Below, in pieces: positions 59,039-64,000 of a stretch of 64,000 bases of DNA. The notes under the pieces are model-generated. The model was not told the DNA's origin and ran no database searches. It was given only the letters and a program-made list of their open reading frames with translations. This DNA comes from Escherichia coli O127:H6 str. E2348/69 (lineage in GTDB: Bacteria > Pseudomonadota > Gammaproteobacteria > Enterobacterales > Enterobacteriaceae). The stretch lies in NCBI RefSeq assembly GCF_000026545.1, contig NC_011601.1; one strand, given 5' to 3'. Each line of letters starts with the position of its first letter. Position 1 is the stretch's first letter. The translations under genes and the position numbers were made by a program.

Positions 59039-59556
59039 GGTTCACCTACCGATGTCTGTTTGGTTTCAGGCGCGGTTTTCATTCCCGCCTCAACAAAATC
59101 CGCCAGTTGCAGCAGCATCATGCGTAAGGCTTTCGGCATTTGCTCCAGTTCAATGGCGTCCATCAGGTTTTTCACATACAGCCCCAGCTCCGTATCGCCT
59201 TCAATCACCAGCCGACGCTGGAAGAAGAGCGTATCCGGATCTTGTTTACGCGCCGCAATCATCAGCAGATCGCTGGCGTCGGCACTAAAACTCACATCAG
59301 CTTGCGCGTTCTGGCTAACGACCAGTTTGCCATTCACCACCGAGGTAAACCATTGCAGGTCAATATCACGCACATGAATACTTAACCAGCGGCCTTCGAG
59401 AAACTCCAGCTCGCCATCATCCAGCGCCTGACGGAATTGCCAGCTTAAGACCTGCTCTAGAACCTGGCGTTTTAGCGCAAATGGCGTCAGTTTTACCGGT
59501 ACACTCAACAGAGATGGCCCCAAATGCACAATACGGGAACGCAGTTTATCCAACAC
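59032..59556 (-). CDS. ubiT: SCP2-domain ubiquinone biosynthesis accessory factor
   Basis: ORF 59032..59580; probable GTG start (LDKLRSRIVHLG) gives 174 aa (formerly yhbT). Confidence 0.8.
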   Translation of the reverse strand: MLDKLRSRIVHLGPSLLSVPVKLTPFALKRQVLEQVLSWQFRQALDDGELEFLEGRWLSIHVRDIDLQWFTSVVNGKLVVSQNAQADVSFSADASDLLMIAARKQDPDTLFFQRRLVIEGDTELGLYVKNLMDAIELEQMPKALRMMLLQLADFVEAGMKTAPETKQTSVGEPC

Positions 59557-59764
59557 GAGTTTTACTCCCTGTTTCAACAATCATCCTATTTTGCCATATC
59601 AGAAAAATAACATAGCGGTATAAATCAACAATTCCATATGAAATTGCTGCTACCACCAATACAACTTTAACTGCCTTAAATCAAAAATTGTCGCTGCAAG
59701 GTTAACTAAAATCCCAGTTCGTTAACATTTTTGCGTTTTGATAGCGCACCCTTCAGGAAAAATT

Positions 59765-60760
59765 ATGGAGCTGCTCTGCCCTGCCGGAAATCTCCCGGCG
59801 CTTAAGGCGGCCATCGAAAACGGCGCAGATGCTGTTTATATCGGGCTAAAAGATGATACCAATGCCCGTCACTTCGCCGGCCTTAACTTTACCGAGAAAA
59901 AATTGCAGGAAGCGGTGAGTTTTGTCCATCAACATCGCCGCAAACTTCACATCGCGATTAACACTTTTGCGCATCCGGACGGTTACGCCCGCTGGCAGCG
60001 CGCCGTGGATATGGCGGCGCAGCTGGGTGCCGACGCGCTGATCCTCGCCGACCTCGCCATGCTGGAGTACGCCGCCGAGCGTTACCCGCATATTGAACGT
60101 CACGTATCGGTGCAGGCTTCGGCGACCAATGAAGAGGCGATTAACTTTTATCATCGCCATTTTGACGTTGCCCGCGTGGTGCTGCCGCGCGTGTTGTCGA
60201 TTCATCAGGTGAAACAACTGGCACGGGTCACACCTGTACCACTGGAAGTCTTTGCTTTCGGCAGCCTGTGCATTATGTCGGAAGGTCGTTGCTATCTGTC
60301 GTCGTATTTGACGGGTGAGTCGCCCAACACTGTGGGCGCGTGTTCTCCGGCCCGTTTCGTGCGCTGGCAGCAAACGCCGCAGGGGCTGGAATCCCGCCTG
60401 AACGAAGTGCTGATCGACCGTTATCAGGACGGCGAAAACGCAGGTTATCCGACGCTATGTAAAGGGCGTTATCTGGTGGACGGCGAGCGCTATCACGCGC
60501 TGGAAGAACCAACCAGTCTCAATACCCTGGAACTGCTGCCGGAGTTAATGGCGGCGAATATTGCTTCGGTGAAAATTGAAGGCCGCCAGCGTAGCCCGGC
60601 GTATGTCAGCCAGGTGGCGAAAGTCTGGCGTCAGGCTATCGACCGTTGTAAGGCCGATCCGCAAAACTTCGTACCGCAAAGCGCGTGGATGGAGACGCTC
60701 GGGTCGATGTCCGAAGGCACGCAAACTACCCTTGGCGCGTATCACCGTAAATGGCAGTGA
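59765..60760 (+). CDS. ubiU: U32-peptidase-family protein, O2-independent ubiquinone hydroxylation
   Basis: ORF 59738..60760; start MELLCPAGNLPALKAA gives 331 aa (formerly yhbU). Confidence 0.9.
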   Translation: MELLCPAGNLPALKAAIENGADAVYIGLKDDTNARHFAGLNFTEKKLQEAVSFVHQHRRKLHIAINTFAHPDGYARWQRAVDMAAQLGADALILADLAMLEYAAERYPHIERHVSVQASATNEEAINFYHRHFDVARVVLPRVLSIHQVKQLARVTPVPLEVFAFGSLCIMSEGRCYLSSYLTGESPNTVGACSPARFVRWQQTPQGLESRLNEVLIDRYQDGENAGYPTLCKGRYLVDGERYHALEEPTSLNTLELLPELMAANIASVKIEGRQRSPAYVSQVAKVWRQAIDRCKADPQNFVPQSAWMETLGSMSEGTQTTLGAYHRKWQ

Positions 60761-60768
60761 GAAAAGCA

Positions 60769-61647
60769 ATGAAATATTCTTTAGGGCCGGTGCTATGGTA
60801 CTGGCCAAAAGAGACGCTGGAAGACTTTTATCAGCAGGCCGCCGCCAGCAGCGCAGACGTGATTTATCTTGGTGAAGCGGTCTGTAGCAAACGCCGGGCA
60901 ACCAAAGTTGGCGACTGGCTGGAGATGGCAAAATCGCTCGCCGGAAGTGGCAAGCAGATTGTGCTCTCCACGCTGGCGCTGGTGCAGGCATCCTCCGAAC
61001 TGGGCGAACTGAAACGCTATGTTGAGAACGGTGAGTTTCTGATTGAAGCCAGCGATCTCGGCGTGGTGAATATGTGCGCTGAACGCAAACTGCCGTTCGT
61101 CGCCGGGCACGCGCTGAACTGCTACAACGCGGTGACGCTGAAAATATTGCTCAAACAGGGCATGATGCGCTGGTGTATGCCGGTGGAGCTTTCCCGCGAC
61201 TGGCTGGTGAATCTGCTTAATCAGTGCGATGAGTTGGGCATTCGCAACCAGTTTGAAGTGGAAGTCCTGAGCTACGGTCATCTACCTCTGGCCTACTCCG
61301 CCCGCTGCTTTACCGCGCGTTCGGAAGACCGCCCGAAAGATGAGTGTGAAACCTGCTGCATTAAATATCCGAACGGGCGCAACGTACTGTCGCAGGAAAA
61401 CCAACAAGTGTTTGTACTCAACGGCATTCAGACCATGAGCGGCTACGTTTACAACCTCGGTAACGAGCTGGCATCCATGCAGGGGCTGGTCGATGTGGTC
61501 CGCCTGTCACCGCAGGGTACTGACACTTTCGCAATGCTCGATGCCTTCCGCGCTAATGAAAATGGCGCTGCGCCACTACCGTTAACGGCAAACAGCGATT
61601 GTAACGGCTACTGGCGGCGACTGGCCGGGCTGGAGCTGCAAGCGTAA
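60769..61647 (+). CDS. ubiV: U32-peptidase-family protein, partner of UbiU
   Basis: ORF 60751..61647; start MKYSLGPVLWYW gives 292 aa (formerly yhbV). Confidence 0.9.
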   Translation: MKYSLGPVLWYWPKETLEDFYQQAAASSADVIYLGEAVCSKRRATKVGDWLEMAKSLAGSGKQIVLSTLALVQASSELGELKRYVENGEFLIEASDLGVVNMCAERKLPFVAGHALNCYNAVTLKILLKQGMMRWCMPVELSRDWLVNLLNQCDELGIRNQFEVEVLSYGHLPLAYSARCFTARSEDRPKDECETCCIKYPNGRNVLSQENQQVFVLNGIQTMSGYVYNLGNELASMQGLVDVVRLSPQGTDTFAMLDAFRANENGAAPLPLTANSDCNGYWRRLAGLELQA

Positions 61648-61727
61648 GTATATAGCTCACTTTGTTAACAACTTTAACTACTCTTTAATGCAGTATTAAA
61701 GATTAATCGGTAACAAAGTGAGCTGTT

Positions 61728-62735
61728 ATGACTGATAAAACCATTGCGTTTTCGCTACTCGATCTGGCCCCCATCCCCGAAGGTTCTTCAGCGCGGGAAG
61801 CGTTCTCCCACTCTCTCGACCTCGCCCGTCTGGCTGAAAAGCGCGGCTATCATCGCTACTGGCTGGCAGAACACCACAATATGACCGGCATTGCCAGTGC
61901 TGCAACGTCGGTGTTAATTGGCTATCTGGCGGCGAATACCACCACGCTGCATCTGGGGTCTGGCGGCGTGATGTTGCCTAACCACTCACCGTTGGTGATC
62001 GCCGAACAATTCGGCACGCTCAATACGCTCTATCCGGGGCGAATCGATTTGGGGCTGGGCCGCGCGCCGGGTAGCGATCAGCGAACCATGATGGCGCTGC
62101 GTCGTCATATGAGCGGCGATATTGATAATTTCCCCCGCGATGTCGCGGAACTGGTGGACTGGTTTGACGCCCGCGATCCCAATCCGCATGTGCGCCCAGT
62201 ACCAGGCTATGGCGAGAAAATCCCCGTGTGGTTGTTAGGATCCAGCCTTTACAGCGCGCAACTGGCGGCGCAGCTTGGTCTGCCGTTTGCGTTTGCCTCA
62301 CACTTCGCGCCGGATATGTTGTTCCAGGCGCTGCATCTTTATCGCAGCAACTTCAAACCGTCGGCACGGTTGGAGAAACCGTATGCGATGGTGTGCATCA
62401 ATATTATCGCCGCCGACAGCAACCGCGATGCTGAATTCCTGTTTACCTCAATGCAGCAAGCCTTTGTGAAGCTGCGCCGCGGCGAAACCGGGCAACTGCC
62501 GCCACCGATTCAAAATATGGATCAGTTCTGGTCGCCGTCCGAACAGTATGGTGTGCAGCAGGCGCTGAGTATGTCGCTGGTGGGCGATAAAGCGAAAGTG
62601 CGTCATGGCTTGCAGTCGATCCTGCGCGAAACCGACGCCGATGAGATTATGGTTAACGGGCAGATTTTCGACCACCAGGCACGCCTGCATTCGTTTGAGC
62701 TGGCGATGGATGTGAAGGAAGAGTTGTTGGGGTAG
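61728..62735 (+). CDS. yhbW: Luciferase-like (LLM-class) flavin monooxygenase
   Basis: 335-aa ORF. Confidence 0.9.
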   Translation: MTDKTIAFSLLDLAPIPEGSSAREAFSHSLDLARLAEKRGYHRYWLAEHHNMTGIASAATSVLIGYLAANTTTLHLGSGGVMLPNHSPLVIAEQFGTLNTLYPGRIDLGLGRAPGSDQRTMMALRRHMSGDIDNFPRDVAELVDWFDARDPNPHVRPVPGYGEKIPVWLLGSSLYSAQLAAQLGLPFAFASHFAPDMLFQALHLYRSNFKPSARLEKPYAMVCINIIAADSNRDAEFLFTSMQQAFVKLRRGETGQLPPPIQNMDQFWSPSEQYGVQQALSMSLVGDKAKVRHGLQSILRETDADEIMVNGQIFDHQARLHSFELAMDVKEELLG

Positions 62736-62745
62736 TGTGTTTTAA

Positions 62746-62852
62746 CGTAGGAAGCCTTATCCGAGATGGCAACGCTGTCCTACGTAGGCCTGATAAGCGA
62801 AGCGCATCAGGCATTGTGTAGGCAGCAGAAATGTCGGATAAGGCACCGCTGA
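62746..62852. repeat. REP/BIME elements
   Basis: cgtaggaagccttatccgagatgg...ctacgtaggcctgataagcgaagcgcatcaggc...gtcggataaggcaccgc. Confidence 0.8.
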
Positions 62853-64000
62853 TTACTGATACACCGGCAGCACATTAAAGCTCGATAAGATATGGACCAG
62901 TGCGTTGCCAACGCCAAATACCAGAATCAGCATAATCATCGGCTTGCCGCCCCATACACGGAATTTCGGGCTACCAAAGCGTTTACGCGATGCGCGGGCC
63001 AACAGCGCCGGAACAATTGCCGCCCAGATGGTAGCCGCTAAGCCAGCATAACCAATGGCGTACAGGAATCCGTTAGGAAACAGCAGGCCACCCACAACAG
63101 GCGGGGCAAAGGTCAGCAACGCTGTTTTCAAACGGCCCATAGCCGAGTCGTCAAAACCAAACAGGTCTGCCAGATAGTCAAACAGGCCCAGCGTTACGCC
63201 GAGGAACGAACTCGCTACCGCAAAGTTTGAGAACACGACCAGTAGAAGATCCAGACTACGGCTGTTCAGTACGCCGCTTAACGCCTGTACCAGCACATCA
63301 ATATTACCGCCCTTCTCGGCGATACCGATAAACTCCGGACGCGGGATGTTACCCATCGTCGCCAGCAACCAGATGGTATACAGCGCCAGCGCCATCAGCG
63401 TACCATACACCAGGCATTTCACGATGGTTTTCGGATCTTTGCCGTAATACTTCATCAGGCTCGGTACGTTACCGTGATAACCAAACGATGCCAGACAGAA
63501 CGGCAGCGTCATCAACAGATACGGTGCATAAGACGCATTGCTTTCGGCGACGTTGAACAATGTCGCAGGCTGCACATGCCCCAGCAGGCTACCGAAGGTG
63601 AGGAAGAAGGTAATGACTTTCGCCCCCAGCACAATCGCTGTCATGCGACTGACGGCTTTGGTGCTCAACCACACCACAAACGCCACCAACAGTGCAAAAC
63701 CAAAACCCGCTGCCCGTGCCGGGACGTTCAATGACATCTCTGCGAAGGTATGATGCAGAATCGAACCGCTGGCAGAAATATAGGCGTAAGTCAGGATGTA
63801 GAGCACAAAGGCAATGGAAATGCCGTTGACCACGTTCCAGCCTTTGCCCAGCAAATCTTTGGTGATGGTGTCAAAGCTCGAACCGATTCGGTAATTCAGG
63901 TTAGCTTCCAGAATCATCAAGCCGGAATGCAGCATACAGAACCAGGTGAAAATCAGCGCCGCCATTGACCAGAAGAACCACGCCCCGGACATGACCACTG
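62853..64000 (-). CDS. mtr: Tryptophan-specific permease, 3' part (5' end lies beyond the window)
   Basis: ORF 62853..63998 on the minus strand, stop at 62853, reading frame continues to the window edge; polytopic membrane protein. Confidence 0.9.
   Translation of the reverse strand, partial: VVMSGAWFFWSMAALIFTWFCMLHSGLMILEANLNYRIGSSFDTITKDLLGKGWNVVNGISIAFVLYILTYAYISASGSILHHTFAEMSLNVPARAAGFGFALLVAFVVWLSTKAVSRMTAIVLGAKVITFFLTFGSLLGHVQPATLFNVAESNASYAPYLLMTLPFCLASFGYHGNVPSLMKYYGKDPKTIVKCLVYGTLMALALYTIWLLATMGNIPRPEFIGIAEKGGNIDVLVQALSGVLNSRSLDLLLVVFSNFAVASSFLGVTLGLFDYLADLFGFDDSAMGRLKTALLTFAPPVVGGLLFPNGFLYAIGYAGLAATIWAAIVPALLARASRKRFGSPKFRVWGGKPMIMLILVFGVGNALVHILSSFNVLPVYQ

Overview
This window reads as ordinary Escherichia coli chromosome, syntenic with the K-12 region from ygjP to mtr, and I found no convincing previously undescribed system in it. 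Nearly every long ORF is a recognisable housekeeping or catabolic gene; gene names and the K-12 gene order come from memory, not from a database search. In order: ygjPQR, alx with its structured leader, an inserted IS50/Tn5-like insertion sequence, sstT, ygjV, uxaCA-exuT-exuR (hexuronate), yqjA-mzrA-yqjCDEK-yqjF-yqjG, one DUF805 gene, yhaJ, yhaK, yhaL, cyuPA, tdcABCDEFG with divergent tdcR, rnpB (RNase P RNA), garPLRK with divergent garD, agaR, a complete kbaZ-agaVWEFA / agaS-kbaY-agaBCDI cluster, rsmI, lpoA-yraN-diaA-dolP, yraQ, yraR, yhbP, yhbQ, yhbS, ubiTUV, yhbW and the 3' part of mtr. I saw no CRISPR array, tRNA, integrase, prophage or defence-like gene. The points worth a second look are the IS (ends almost identical to Tn5 ends but a diverged transposase, flanked by a 10-bp direct repeat), and several clean differences in gene content from K-12: agaWEFA intact, and prlF-yhaV, yhaBC, yraHIJK, yhbO and one DUF805 paralog apparently absent. 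Long ORFs antisense to known genes were treated as artefacts.
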